A stretch of 64,000 nucleotides of DNA. It comes from an uncultured Bifidobacterium sp. Lineage in GTDB: Bacteria; Bacteroidota; Bacteroidia; UKL13-3. The position numbers were made by a program, and so were the translations under genes. The stretch spans positions 2,273-66,272 of the forward strand of contig CAYTWI010000004.1 in NCBI GenBank assembly GCA_964442045.1, written 5' to 3'. Shown piece by piece: positions 51,410 through 61,304 of the stretch; position 1 is the stretch's first letter; every line of letters begins with the position of its first letter. The notes under the pieces were generated by a model, which did not search any database, was not told the DNA's origin, and saw only the letters and a program-made list of their open reading frames with translations.

Positions 51410-52540
51410 TTAATGTGTATCCAACTCGCTTATTTTACCCCAAACCTTTTTATAAGGCTTTAACTCCTCTTTTCCTTTACCTGTTATTTTCAGGTGGGCA
51501 ATATGGGCAGCAATGGCTTTCAATACGGTAGGATACTCAATATATTTGATATTGTATTGGGCACACAATGTTTTTACCAGCTTATTAATAGCCGGGTAGT
51601 GTATATGGCTGATGCGGGGAAAAAGATGATGCTCCACCTGGAAATTTAATCCGCCCACAAACCAGGAAACCATTTTGCTTTCAGTAGCAAAGTTAGCAGT
51701 AGTAGAAAGCTGGTGCACATACCAGTTTTCGTCAATTTTATGCGTAAGCGCATCAGGCATGGGAAAAGCTGCTTCATCCACCACATGAGCCAGCTGAAAT
51801 ACTATACTCAGTGTTAAGCCACAAACAGCACAGGCAATGGCATAGCCAGTAAGAGCAGGCACCCAACCCAATACCCATGCAGGCACTATAATAAATATAA
51901 CAAAATAAGCCACTTTACTCAACCAGAAACCAATATGCTCATGCTTTTGCATAGCAGGTATTTTCTTATCAGCAATCTTGCCCGAAAAATATTTATTAAA
52001 ATCTCTTACGGCCACCCAAAGAATATAGGTTAAGGTGTACAACAAAAAGCAGTAAATATACTGATAGCGATGATACCAGTAAAGGGGCTGGTTCTCGTTG
52101 GTACGGATAAAAGGTTTAATGTCTATATCATCGTCATGCCCTTCAATATTGGTATAGGCATGGTGCATTACATTGTGTTTTACTTTCCACAGAAAAGAAC
52201 TGCCACCCATTACATTCAATGAATAACTCATCAAGTCATTCACCCATTTTTTACTGGAGTAGCTGCCATGTGCCCCATCGTGCATTACATTAAAGCCAAT
52301 GGCGGCAAAGGTTAAACCCATTACAATACACAGAAGTATATTAACCCATACGGGTGTTATGTTGCTTAATAAAAGTATGTAAATAAACAAGGCTATAGCT
52401 ACCAGCACCAATGTTTTGTAATAAAGCCACCAGCTGCCTGTTAACTTTATCTGTTTATCGGTAAAATAAGCATCTACCTCCTTTTTTAATGCTGCGGAGA
52501 AAAGGGTACTGTTCTTATTAAAAGAAATATGTTTACTCAT
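51410..52540 (-). CDS. Membrane fatty-acid desaturase family protein
   Basis: 376 aa with three His boxes (HDGAHG, HNVMHH, QVEHHLFP) and 4+ TM helices. Confidence 0.8.
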   Translation of the reverse strand: MSKHISFNKNSTLFSAALKKEVDAYFTDKQIKLTGSWWLYYKTLVLVAIALFIYILLLSNITPVWVNILLCIVMGLTFAAIGFNVMHDGAHGSYSSKKWVNDLMSYSLNVMGGSSFLWKVKHNVMHHAYTNIEGHDDDIDIKPFIRTNENQPLYWYHRYQYIYCFLLYTLTYILWVAVRDFNKYFSGKIADKKIPAMQKHEHIGFWLSKVAYFVIFIIVPAWVLGWVPALTGYAIACAVCGLTLSIVFQLAHVVDEAAFPMPDALTHKIDENWYVHQLSTTANFATESKMVSWFVGGLNFQVEHHLFPRISHIHYPAINKLVKTLCAQYNIKYIEYPTVLKAIAAHIAHLKITGKGKEELKPYKKVWGKISELDTH

Positions 52541-52622
52541 GGTATTTTACTTTTTGTAATAAAGGTTCAAAACAAAAACAAACTATGTTGAGGTATTTTT
52601 CTGAATAAGCTTAAGCTGGTAT

Positions 52623-53246
52623 TTACCGCAAACTTTTGCGCCTGCCTTTAACGGCTATTTTACCGTCTCCATCCTGGTAATCAATTAAATTTTCAAGTGC
52701 AATACGTTTGCGTTTTTTAAGCGTTTTAAAAAAGTTTGGCGACAATCCTGTTACCTTTTTAAACTGATTTGAAAAATGAGGCAAACTGCTGTAATGAAGC
52801 TTAAAACAAATTTCCTTTAAGCTTAACTCGCCATAAATAATAAGCTCTTTGGCACGTTCTATTTTATTGATGATAATAAACTGTTGTAAGGTAGTACCCG
52901 TTACTTCCGAAAACAAATTGGCTAAATAAGTATAATCACACGCAAGCCTTTTGCTCAGGTATTCAGAATAATTTTCTTCAGGAGGTTCGTCAGAGTAATG
53001 TATCATTTCAATAATAGCATTTTTTACTTTCTCAATATGTATGGCCTTTTTATCCTCCATTAGTTCGTGGCCATTTTTAAGCAATGAGGCTCTTATTTTG
53101 TCAAATTGCTCCATTGATATTTTTTGCTGCACTTCAAGCTCCCCCAACTCTATCCGCGATATTTTAATCCCTAACTTATTAAACTCTTCTTTAACCATTA
53201 ATTTGCAACAATGGCTCACCATATATTTTATATATAATTTCATCAA
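52623..53246 (-). CDS. AraC-family transcriptional regulator
   Basis: 207 aa with a C-terminal AraC-type double HTH (…LSLKEICFKLHYSSLPHFSNQFKKVTGLSPNFF…). Confidence 0.65.
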   Translation of the reverse strand: MMKLYIKYMVSHCCKLMVKEEFNKLGIKISRIELGELEVQQKISMEQFDKIRASLLKNGHELMEDKKAIHIEKVKNAIIEMIHYSDEPPEENYSEYLSKRLACDYTYLANLFSEVTGTTLQQFIIINKIERAKELIIYGELSLKEICFKLHYSSLPHFSNQFKKVTGLSPNFFKTLKKRKRIALENLIDYQDGDGKIAVKGRRKSLR

Positions 53247-53534
53247 ATGCCTCCTTTTTTGCGGGACGCAATTAATACCATAAGCATTGGCAAACAGTTA
53301 CACTTAAATTTTAATTAGTTACATAATTCCTGAAGTGCAAAAACGCCTGGCTTTTCAATCAGGTAACTCTGTAAAACAAGCAGATAGCATGAAAGAAAAA
53401 TAGTTAAGGCGTGCACAAGCATTTAAAACGACTATGCATGCAGGATAAACGAGCAGGGCAAAAAAGCTGTGGAGGAGCAAAAGCAAAGGAATGAGTATTT
53501 CTACAATCCGCTATTGACAAACTTGGTTTAAAAC

Positions 53535-53568
53535 AAAAAAGACCTGCATGGCTGCAAGTCTTTTTTTG
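53535..53568 (-). terminator. Terminator hairpin downstream of tRNA-Glu (GACCTGCA-TGGC-TGCAAGTC, flanked by A/T runs)
   Basis: 8-bp stem with one mismatch, and T-tracts on both strands. Confidence 0.45.
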
Positions 53569-53578
53569 TTACCTTCTT

Positions 53579-53653
53579 TGGTAGCCCGTAGGGGAGTCGA
53601 ACCCCTCTTTAATGGATGAAAACCATTTGTCCTAACCGATAGACGAACGGGCC
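53579..53653 (-). tRNA. tRNA-Glu (anticodon UUC), CCA encoded
   Basis: The reverse complement reads GGCCCGTTCGTCTATCGGTTAGGACAAATGGTTTTCATCCATTAAAGAGGGGTTCGACTCCCCTACGGGCTACCA. It has a 7-bp acceptor stem, a TTC anticodon in the loop TTTTCAT, and a GGTTCGA(CT)CC T-arm. Confidence 0.85.
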
Positions 53654-53771
53654 ATTTTTGGGTTGGCAAATGTAAGATTTATAGTTTAAAGACCAAATAT
53701 TTTTTTTAATATTTTTTTATCCACTACAAATCAGGAATTTATATTACGCCTTTTTACCCAATAGGAGTATT

Positions 53772-54536
53772 TTAAGCCATTGCTTTTACAATATCGGCAA
53801 AACTTCTGCTTTGTAAAGCGGCTCCGCCTACCAATGCACCGTCAATATCTGGGGCAGAAAATAGTTCGGCTGCATTGTCGGCTTTTACGCTTCCACCGTA
53901 CTGAATGGTAATATTATTGCTAATAGCCTCACCAAATTTATCTTTTAACAGGTTTCTTATAAAAGCATGTACTTCCTGTGCTTGTGCTGTACTGGCAGTT
54001 TTGCCCGTACCAATAGCCCAAACAGGTTCGTAAGCCACCACACACTCAGCCATTTGGGCCGGGCTTAAGTGAAACAAAGCTTCGCTTATTTGTTGTTTTA
54101 ACACGTCAAAGTGCTTGTTGCCTTCGCGTTCTTCTAAAGTTTCGCCCACGCAGTAAATAGGGTTTAAGCCTTCGGCCAAAACAGCATCAATCTTTTTAGC
54201 CAGCCAGTCGTTGTGCTCGCCAAAGTATTGCCTGCGTTCGCTATGGCCTATAATTATATATTTACCGCCACAGCTTTTTACCATAGCTGCACTTATTTCG
54301 CCTGTGTAAGCACCACTTACATGGTTGCTGCAGTTTTGTGCACCACAGCTTATATTATTGTAACCGGCCAGCATACGGCTTACCGAGTTAATGTATAATG
54401 CCGGAGGAATAATAACCACTTCAGCACTGCCATGGTACTCATCCTTTACCATATTGCTTAATTCTGAAACCAATGCCATTCCTTCGTCAAAGGTTTTGTT
54501 CATTTTCCAATTGCCGGCTATAATCTTCTTTCTCAT
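53772..54536 (-). CDS. tpiA: Triose-phosphate isomerase
   Basis: 254 aa with …IIAGNWKMN…, the catalytic …AYEPVWAIGTG… and …GGS… motifs. Confidence 0.92.
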   Translation of the reverse strand: MRKKIIAGNWKMNKTFDEGMALVSELSNMVKDEYHGSAEVVIIPPALYINSVSRMLAGYNNISCGAQNCSNHVSGAYTGEISAAMVKSCGGKYIIIGHSERRQYFGEHNDWLAKKIDAVLAEGLNPIYCVGETLEEREGNKHFDVLKQQISEALFHLSPAQMAECVVAYEPVWAIGTGKTASTAQAQEVHAFIRNLLKDKFGEAISNNITIQYGGSVKADNAAELFSAPDIDGALVGGAALQSRSFADIVKAMA

Positions 54537-54673
54537 ATAGTTTGTACTTTATTAAGGTATTTTAAAAAATGCAAATAAAAGAAATAATATGGTTGTTTCA
54601 ATGTATCGGTTATGTAGGTTTATAAGTTATTGGTTGAATGGTTAAATTGCTTGAATTGTTCACCAAATTATTG

Positions 54674-54796
54674 CCATTGTTGGTATTCTTCACCAACAAG
54701 CTTATGCCAGCGGTTTCCTTCCATTTACTGCCCGTGGTTGGTGTCCTCACCAACCATAAGTTGAACGATTGGTGAGGACACCAACCATGGACAAAG
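54674..54796. repeat. Copy A of the nested-palindrome repeat family (hairpin CATTGTTGGTATTCTTCACCAACAAG + 36-nt spacer + GGTTGGTGTCCTCACCAACC-N15-GGTGAGGACACCAACC)
   Basis: Near-identical to copy B (58234-58356) over about 75 nt, and contains two independent long inverted repeats. Track ORF 54610-54858 (-) is an in-repeat translation. Confidence 0.6.
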
Positions 54797-54852
54797 TTTA
54801 CTGCAAGCCCCTGCCCTATACAATAAATACCATAAATGAATACATTTGTTTT

Positions 54853-57849
54853 ATGCAATTACTAGTAAAGGCAGCCTGTTTTTTTTGTTTACTTATTGGT
54901 ACCTGTTTACCGGTAAAGGCGCAGCAGCCTTATATGTGGCATTTAACCGATGAAGATGGTTTGCCCAGTATGGAGGTATATAGCGTGTTTGAAGACAACA
55001 AGGGTTATATGTGGTTTGGTACTGATAATGGGGTATGCCGTTTTGATGGTTTTGAAATGAAAAACTATTACAGTAACCAACAAAGGGGTAAATCGTTTTC
55101 GCATTTTATACAGGATAACAAAGGGCGTATATGGTGTATTAATTTTGCCGGGCAAATATTCTATATTGAAAATGACTCTTTAAAACTGTTTGAACCTTTT
55201 GAAAAGGTTTATAAATCGAGTTTTCCGCGCTACTGTTTCGATAACAAAAACCAGTTATGGATTATTTCCATTAACAACCCTATTTACTATTATAATTTTG
55301 AAACACAAACGCTTAATAGTTTTAAGCAGTTATTCTTCCCGTTTACCGTAAACATTGTAGCCGACAAAAAGGGTAATGTATTAGTTGCAGCCGACAGTGT
55401 TTACTATATCAGTAATGGTAAACTTAGACATGCAAAACATAAATACTCTGCTATTGAATACTCCAAATACGATGACATCATTTATTTTATAAAGAAAATT
55501 AAAAATCAGATTTTTAGTATTGATGCCTTTGATGGTCAGAAACAATATACATTGAATACCGATGCTATTAAAAGTAATAAAGCCCTGTTTACTGACTTTG
55601 TTTCGTTTGATGAAAACGACAGGTGGTTTTTAACCTACGATGGAGCTTATGTATTTAGTGCAGATAAAAACAAATCGAAACTGTACGCACATGTTTTAAA
55701 AGGTAATGCGGTGTCGTGGGTTATTAAAGATAAGGAAGGTAATTACTGGGTGAGTACCTTAAAAAATGGCGTGTTTGTTATTCCCTCCAAAAATATATGG
55801 TTAATGAACAGCAGCAATTCTCTGCTGGGGTCGGACAGGGTTAGCAGCATAGTTGAAGACAAGAATGGACTTTTATACCTGGCCTCCGGAATTGGTAATA
55901 TTGTAACTTTTGATACCGAAAAAAAACAGTTATTACACTCCATTAGGCTGGAAAAAGAAAGCAAAGATATAGATGCATTGTCCATTGATAAAACAAACAA
56001 CCGTCTGTATGCCTACTCTTCTAAAAGTTATATTTATGACTTGAAAACAAAACGTTATGTAAATACTTATTCAAATTTTTCGGCCGTAAAAGATTATTCA
56101 TTCGACAAGTATGGAAACTATTTTCTGGCTACTTCTTATGCAGCTTTTTTTGTACTGAGTAATGATAAGGACCGCTCATCGCCCTTTTGCAAATACCTTA
56201 ACTTTACAAAAACAATTGCTGACCCTTCCGGCAACTATAAAATACTTACAGCGGCTATGTTAAGAGGCCAGCGAACCACATCATGCATGGTTAACAATGA
56301 AGACACAAGCCTTTGGGTTGCGTATGTAGATGGCTTATACCGTTACCATAATGGAAAGGTTGATTTAATGCTGGATAAAAACAAGCGGCCTGTTAATGCT
56401 ACTGATATTGTATTAGCGCCTGATGGTAAGGTATGGATAAGTACTATACAGCAGGGTATTATCAGTTATTACGGAAACAAAATTGTTGACCAGTTTACTA
56501 CAGGTAATGGATTACTTTCTAATTTTAACAGGTGTATTGCAGCCAGCCAGTATGCCATTTGGTTTGCAGGCGAAAAAGGCGTGCAGGCTTATTTACTGCA
56601 ACAAAAAAAACTAATTCATTTTACACGGGAAGAAGGGTTAGTCAGTAACGATGTATTGGATATACATTTAAAAGATAACTTTATTTACCTGGCTACTTCC
56701 AAAGGCTTTCAATGGTTTGAACAAAACAAAATAATTACACCTAAACACCAGCCGGGTATCCATATTATATCATTATCGGTTAACAATGCTTTGGTAAATA
56801 CCAACGCGGATATAAAAGCAGCTTATAACGAAAACAATATTGATTTTTACTATATAGGTATAGCACAACGCAGCCGCAGTAAATTACATTATGCTTACCG
56901 CTTAATTGGTATTGATACCAACTGGACCCATGTATCGTATAAGGAGCGGGTAGCCAAGTATAATTTATTGCCCCCGGGCACTTACCGTTTTCAGGTAAAG
57001 GTAATTAATAAGGATGGTATTGAAAGCGATATAGCACAATCAAACCTCATAACCATTGCAGCGCCCTACTGGCAAACATGGTGGTTTGTAAGCTTGGCAG
57101 CCATGGCTTTAATATTGGTGGTGAGTTTGCTTTTTTTATACCGCATAAAAATAATAAGCAACCGCAACAAGCTGGAAAGGGAAAGAGCCAAACTGGCTAT
57201 TGACTTAAGGGCCTCACAACTATCGGCACTTAAAATACAAATGAACCCGCACTTTATATTTAATGCCCTTAACTCCATACAGGAATATATTTTAACCAAC
57301 GAAAAAAAACTGGCCAACAGTTACCTCGGTAAGTTTAGTGATTTGATGCGTTTGTATTTGGACATGAGCAACAAAAAAAGCATATCGCTGGATGAAGAAA
57401 TAAAAGCCATGCAACTATACCTGGAGTTGGAAGCCATGCGCTTTGAAGAGAAGTTTAACTACAGCTTACAGGTAGCTCCCGACTTACAGGCAGAACATAT
57501 TATGATTCCTCCCATGATTATACAACCCTATGTGGAGAATGCTTTTAAACATGGTTTGTTGCACAAAAGGAGCGACAGGCAAATAACAGTAAGCTTTAAA
57601 CAAGGTACATTGCCCAACACACTGGTATGCGAAGTATACGATAATGGTATAGGTCGCCAGCAATCAATGGAGCTGAATAAAATACGCCACCGTAAACATG
57701 CTTCATTTTCTACCGGTGCCGTACAAAAAAGATTAGAGCTGTTGAACGCGGAACGTAACCAACAGATAGGTGTGGTATATGAAGACTTATACCATACTGA
57801 TGGCAATCCTGCGGGCACCAGAGTAACTATAACGGTTCCGTTTGATTGA
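54853..57849 (+). CDS. Hybrid sensor: periplasmic Reg_prop beta-propeller repeats + Y_Y_Y domain + TM + LytS/YehU-type histidine kinase (His_kinase + HATPase_c)
   Basis: A signal peptide MQLLVKAACFFCLLIGTCLPVKAQQ follows the ATG at 54853. Propeller repeats (…GYMWFGTDNGVCRFDG…), a Y_Y_Y-like …YAYRLIGIDTNWTHVS…, a TM WWFVSLAAMALILVVSLLFLY, then …QMNPHFIFNALNSIQEYIL… (PF06580-type H-box) and a C-terminal ATPase. The track ORF begins inside the repeat at TTG 54769. Confidence 0.8.
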   Translation: MQLLVKAACFFCLLIGTCLPVKAQQPYMWHLTDEDGLPSMEVYSVFEDNKGYMWFGTDNGVCRFDGFEMKNYYSNQQRGKSFSHFIQDNKGRIWCINFAGQIFYIENDSLKLFEPFEKVYKSSFPRYCFDNKNQLWIISINNPIYYYNFETQTLNSFKQLFFPFTVNIVADKKGNVLVAADSVYYISNGKLRHAKHKYSAIEYSKYDDIIYFIKKIKNQIFSIDAFDGQKQYTLNTDAIKSNKALFTDFVSFDENDRWFLTYDGAYVFSADKNKSKLYAHVLKGNAVSWVIKDKEGNYWVSTLKNGVFVIPSKNIWLMNSSNSLLGSDRVSSIVEDKNGLLYLASGIGNIVTFDTEKKQLLHSIRLEKESKDIDALSIDKTNNRLYAYSSKSYIYDLKTKRYVNTYSNFSAVKDYSFDKYGNYFLATSYAAFFVLSNDKDRSSPFCKYLNFTKTIADPSGNYKILTAAMLRGQRTTSCMVNNEDTSLWVAYVDGLYRYHNGKVDLMLDKNKRPVNATDIVLAPDGKVWISTIQQGIISYYGNKIVDQFTTGNGLLSNFNRCIAASQYAIWFAGEKGVQAYLLQQKKLIHFTREEGLVSNDVLDIHLKDNFIYLATSKGFQWFEQNKIITPKHQPGIHIISLSVNNALVNTNADIKAAYNENNIDFYYIGIAQRSRSKLHYAYRLIGIDTNWTHVSYKERVAKYNLLPPGTYRFQVKVINKDGIESDIAQSNLITIAAPYWQTWWFVSLAAMALILVVSLLFLYRIKIISNRNKLERERAKLAIDLRASQLSALKIQMNPHFIFNALNSIQEYILTNEKKLANSYLGKFSDLMRLYLDMSNKKSISLDEEIKAMQLYLELEAMRFEEKFNYSLQVAPDLQAEHIMIPPMIIQPYVENAFKHGLLHKRSDRQITVSFKQGTLPNTLVCEVYDNGIGRQQSMELNKIRHRKHASFSTGAVQKRLELLNAERNQQIGVVYEDLYHTDGNPAGTRVTITVPFD

Positions 57850-57864
57850 TGATTTTTGATGTAT

Positions 57865-57894
57865 GATTTATGAAATAATAAGTATGTTTGAATT
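57865..57894 (+). promoter_or_regulatory. Conserved promoter-like module GATTTATGAAATAATAAGTATGTTTGAATT (Bacteroidota -7 box TAnnTTTG = TATGTTTG)
   Basis: The same module recurs at 61266-61304 and 62141-62179, and partially at 60678-60692. TATGTTTG matches the published Bacteroidetes sigma-A -7 consensus. The start codon lies 6-15 nt downstream. Confidence 0.4.
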
Positions 57895-57899
57895 TACCT

Positions 57900-58196
57900 A
57901 TGGCAACTATACTTATATTAATCTTTGCAATAGCTGCATTTGTAATTAAAACGTTGGATTTTGAAGTGGGTCGTCAGAATAGACGTGATTATTACAGAAA
58001 CGACTATCTTAAATCCGATGCATGGCAACGAAAGCGTTACGTAGTAATGAAAAGAGATAACTGGCGCTGCGTATATTGTGGTGCTCGCGCTACACAGGTT
58101 CATCATAAGAGATATGCTAAAAGAAATATTGGTAAGGAACCTATTGATTGGCTTGTTTCTGTATGCAAACCTTGTCATGATGCTCAACATAATTAA
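57900..58196 (+). CDS. Small HNH endonuclease (YajD-like) with N-terminal TM helix
   Basis: 98 aa. MATILILIFAIAAFVIK (TM) is followed by …RDNWRCVYCGARATQVHHKRY…SVCKPCHDAQHN, an HNH motif with its Cys/His zinc-finger pairs. Confidence 0.65.
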   Translation: MATILILIFAIAAFVIKTLDFEVGRQNRRDYYRNDYLKSDAWQRKRYVVMKRDNWRCVYCGARATQVHHKRYAKRNIGKEPIDWLVSVCKPCHDAQHN

Positions 58197-58233
58197 TATC
58201 CCTATAAATGATTAGCACATTAATTATTTCCCA

Positions 58234-58356
58234 CCCTTGTTGGTGTTCTTCACCAACAAGCTTATGCCAGCGGTTTCCTTCCATTTACTGCCCGTGGTTG
58301 GTGTTCTCTCCAATTGCTAAACCTATGGTTGTTGAGGACACTAACCGCAGACAAAG
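58234..58356. repeat. Copy B of the nested-palindrome repeat family
   Basis: CCCTTGTTGGTGTTCTTCACCAACAAGCTTATGCCAGCGGTTTCCTTCCATTTACTGCCCGTGGTTGGTG… is identical to copy A over the first ~75 nt. Track ORF 58208-58396 is an in-repeat translation. Confidence 0.6.
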
Positions 58357-58624
58357 CCTATATACAGGTTTAAATATCTGTATTAAAACCCAATAACGGG
58401 TATAAATAACTGTTTTTACAAACAGGCATTTATCCTCTTATACAGCCCTTTATATTACTGCAAATTTGTACCCATAAAGCTTTATAAAAAGTGGAGCAGA
58501 ACCCACTTTCATCCTGAGCACTGAGCTTGCCAAAGTATTGAAGGATTAAAAAACGGACTGGCTGTAACAGTTTAAAAACAGGGCGGTATCTGAAAAGCCT
58601 TATGAGTAGGGAAATTTTTATACT

Positions 58625-59710
58625 ATGGATAACATCATTGCAATTTATACCCGTTCGGGGTATCCTTCTTCAAATGTTACAAAATACATTTCAGACTACG
58701 CAGGTACTCCTGTTAATACGTTAATTATAAGTGGACCGAATGGTTACAATGGAGGTATTGTATACAACGATCCCCCATATCCCATGTTTAACTCAAGCGG
58801 TGATTATACCGGTGATGCAAATTGGGCATCCAGTTTAACCCAACTGAAAAATAACACGAACATTACCAATATATTCTTCTCTATCGGGAACAGTGCAATC
58901 AGTGCGCTGGCCGCAATGGATTCGAGTAATTTGAACAATGTATTGGTAAGCCTGAAGAATAGTGGAATTACCGGTGTTGATATTGATGCCGAAAATTGGG
59001 GTCAAGCTGGTGGCTTGGACCCAATGGATCCTGCAGTTCAAAAGGTTACACTTGCAGTTATTCAAGTTGGTTTAGCGCTAACAGCTGCCCCGTATAATAA
59101 TGTTTCCGGTTGGCAGTCATGGCAAACCTTTGTGAATAACAATGGTGGAAACATTTCATGGTTTAATGTACAATGTTATGCAGGTGGTCAATATAATGAC
59201 CCCGTTCAGGATTGGTACACTCAGTTTACACCATCAGTTCCTATTGTGGCAGGATTTGAGGCCACTAATTCAGGATCAGATGGAGGACAATTGACTCCAA
59301 CGCAAGCACTGCAACAGTTACAATCATGGCAAAGTGAATTGCCTCAAAACAGCCTTGCCGGAGCATTCGTTTGGGAATTTAGCCTTATTCTTGACGGAGG
59401 AAACACAGTATCAGCTTATGCAACTGCCATGAACGAAGGCTTGAATACGTACTATGCAACTTACACCTTAACTCCCGGAGGAGCATTAGTTCCTGATGCG
59501 ATTCGTGTTGCCTCAAATTTAAACGTAAACATCTATATCAATAATAGCCAGACAGATTCTGTTATTGGGCAGTTTGCAGGAACTCCAGAAGTAACCTGTC
59601 CTGCCGGAAATACTACGTTATTATACTCCATGAATGGCGGCAACTTGGGATTGATTGACTATATCAATGTCACTTCTCTTGGTTTGTCATCGTCTCTGAT
59701 TTGGGAGTAA
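58625..59710 (+). CDS. GH18-like (chitinase-fold) protein with degenerate catalytic motif
   Basis: 361 aa. …NSGITGVDIDAENW… resembles the GH18 DxxDxDxE box (here TGVDIDAE, with the first Asp replaced). Gly/Asn/Ser-rich. Confidence 0.45.
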   Translation: MDNIIAIYTRSGYPSSNVTKYISDYAGTPVNTLIISGPNGYNGGIVYNDPPYPMFNSSGDYTGDANWASSLTQLKNNTNITNIFFSIGNSAISALAAMDSSNLNNVLVSLKNSGITGVDIDAENWGQAGGLDPMDPAVQKVTLAVIQVGLALTAAPYNNVSGWQSWQTFVNNNGGNISWFNVQCYAGGQYNDPVQDWYTQFTPSVPIVAGFEATNSGSDGGQLTPTQALQQLQSWQSELPQNSLAGAFVWEFSLILDGGNTVSAYATAMNEGLNTYYATYTLTPGGALVPDAIRVASNLNVNIYINNSQTDSVIGQFAGTPEVTCPAGNTTLLYSMNGGNLGLIDYINVTSLGLSSSLIWE

Positions 59711-59828
59711 TCATGCTACATCTCTAAAACCTCTTAATTGAAGCGGATAAACTTTCGAAAAAGGGCGTTTACAGCAGTAAATGAGAATTTTCTAGATAAG
59801 TCCAACGATAAAATGGAGGTTTTTTACG

Positions 59829-59929
59829 CTCTTGTTGGTGTTCTTCACCAACAAGTTTATGCCCGCTGTTATTGTCCTCACCAATCGCTAAACCTATGGT
59901 TGGTGAGGACAATAACTATGGACAATCAG
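59829..59929. repeat. Copy C of the repeat family (hairpin CTCTTGTTGGTGTTCTTCACCAACAAG + TGTCCTCACCAATCG…GGTTGGTGAGGACA palindrome)
   Basis: Shares the first hairpin and the terminal 17-bp-stem palindrome with A and B, but lacks the internal 36-nt segment. Track ORF 59738-59932 is an in-repeat translation (CPHQSLNLWLVRT mirrors CPHQSFNLWLVRT from copy A on the other strand). Confidence 0.6.
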
Positions 59930-60026
59930 TAAGCAATTGTAAAATTTATTGATTAGCACACTGTTCGTTTTTTATTCAGAAAAAAGTTCAGAACTATGCA
60001 ATCATAAATTAACGGAAACATTTTAC

Positions 60027-60662
60027 ATGTACAATCTGCCACACCACAAAGAAAATAATCCGCAAATTATTAAGGAGTTTATAGCTAAATATCCGTTTGC
60101 ATTTGTAAGCGGATGCGATGCTGAAAACAAACCCATTGCCACACAAATACCGCTGTTTATTGAAGAAGAAAACGGCAAGCGTTTTTTAAGAGGCCATATC
60201 ATGAAAGATACGGACCATCATAAAGCATTTGTACACAACAATAATATACTGGCTGTTTTCACAGGCCACCATACTTATGTAAGTGGTACCTGGTACAGCA
60301 ACCCGCACATTCCTTCTACCTGGAACTATATGAGCGTGCATGTAAAGGGAACCATTCAGTTTTTAGATGATGATGCCTTAGCCCGTGTATTGAGAAAGGT
60401 AAGCCTGCACTTTGAAAACTACAATGAAGCATCCACCACCATTTATGATAACTTACCCGCTGATTTTATAAAAAGAGCCACACCATACATAGTAGCTTTT
60501 GAAATAGAAATAACAGAAATAGACACTGTGTTTAAACTGAGTCAGGACAGAGATTACGAAAGCTATAAAAACATTATAGCAAAACTGCAACAACAGGATG
60601 AAGCAGGGCGGGTTATTGCTGCCGAAATGGAAAGCAGGATTACTCAGGTGTTTCCTGGTTGA
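60027..60662 (+). CDS. PaiB-family FMN-binding negative transcriptional regulator
   Basis: MYNLPHHKENNPQIIKEFIAKYPFAFVSG…LRGHIMKDTDHHKAF… is the PaiB signature. The track ORF extends upstream to 59949. Confidence 0.7.
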   Translation: MYNLPHHKENNPQIIKEFIAKYPFAFVSGCDAENKPIATQIPLFIEEENGKRFLRGHIMKDTDHHKAFVHNNNILAVFTGHHTYVSGTWYSNPHIPSTWNYMSVHVKGTIQFLDDDALARVLRKVSLHFENYNEASTTIYDNLPADFIKRATPYIVAFEIEITEIDTVFKLSQDRDYESYKNIIAKLQQQDEAGRVIAAEMESRITQVFPG

Positions 60663-60698
60663 TGATTTTTGATTCGTGATTTATGAAATAATATTCCG

Positions 60699-60726
60699 CC
60701 CTTATTGGTGTTATTCACCAACAAGT
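60699..60726. repeat. Copy D (solo hairpin GCCCTTATTGGTGTTATTCACCAACAAG)
   Basis: The first hairpin of the family only, preceded by a partial promoter module (GATTTATGAAATAAT). Confidence 0.5.
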
Positions 60727-60742
60727 TTCTTAATTGTAAATT

Positions 60743-61195
60743 ATGACTATACTAAAAGTAAATACAGACGACCATGAGATTTTGACTAACATCACCAAAA
60801 AGTCGAAAGCCTATTGGGGATACACGCAAGAGCAAATAGACGCGTGGTCGGAGTTATTGACTATTGCTAAAAACTATATTGAAACCCACCAGGTATTTAA
60901 ATTAGTCATTAACAATACTACTATTGCTTATTATGCTTACTGCTATTTGGATAATGATACCGTTAAGCTTGACAACCTGTTTGTACTGCCTGAATATATT
61001 GGCAGTGGCTTTGGCAAACTACTGATGCATGATTTTATTGATACGATAAAAAAGACTGAAACAAAAAAAATAGTATTGGATTCGGAACCCAATGCCCAAG
61101 CCTTTTATGAAAAGTTTGGTTTCATCAAAGTAGGGCAATTGAAAACAAGCATTAAAGACCGGTACTTACCCATTATGGAGCTAACAGTAATATAA
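60743..61195 (+). CDS. GNAT family N-acetyltransferase
   Basis: 150 aa with …LFVLPEYIGSGFGKLLMHDFID… (motif A, Q/R-x-x-G-x-G/A) and …AFYEKFGF…. Confidence 0.7.
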   Translation: MTILKVNTDDHEILTNITKKSKAYWGYTQEQIDAWSELLTIAKNYIETHQVFKLVINNTTIAYYAYCYLDNDTVKLDNLFVLPEYIGSGFGKLLMHDFIDTIKKTETKKIVLDSEPNAQAFYEKFGFIKVGQLKTSIKDRYLPIMELTVI

Positions 61196-61210
61196 AATTA
61201 AACATAAAAT

Positions 61211-61304
61211 AATTCCGCCCTTGTTGGTGTTCTTCACCAACAAGTTCTAGCCGCTGAGCTACATAATGATTTTACATTTATGAAATAATGGGTATGTTTG
61301 AATT
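61211..61304. repeat. Copy E: hairpin (CCGCCCTTGTTGGTGTTCTTCACCAACAAG) + AGCCGCTGAGCTACATAATGATTTTACATTTATGAAATAATGGGTATGTTTGAATT promoter-like module
   Basis: About 85% identical over about 90 nt to copy F (62088-62179). Confidence 0.55.

Noticed and set aside
54674-54796. Invertible-promoter (shufflon/phase-variation) switch upstream of the hybrid histidine kinase
   Set aside because: The inverted repeats flank only 6 and 15 nt, not a promoter-sized segment, and no adjacent recombinase gene is present.
54610-54858. 82-aa ORF (-) and similar ORFs 58208-58396 (+) and 59738-59932 (+)
   Set aside because: They lie entirely within repeat copies A, B and C. The shared peptide CPHQS(F/L)NLWLVRT is simply the palindromic repeat translated on either strand. 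They are treated as non-coding.
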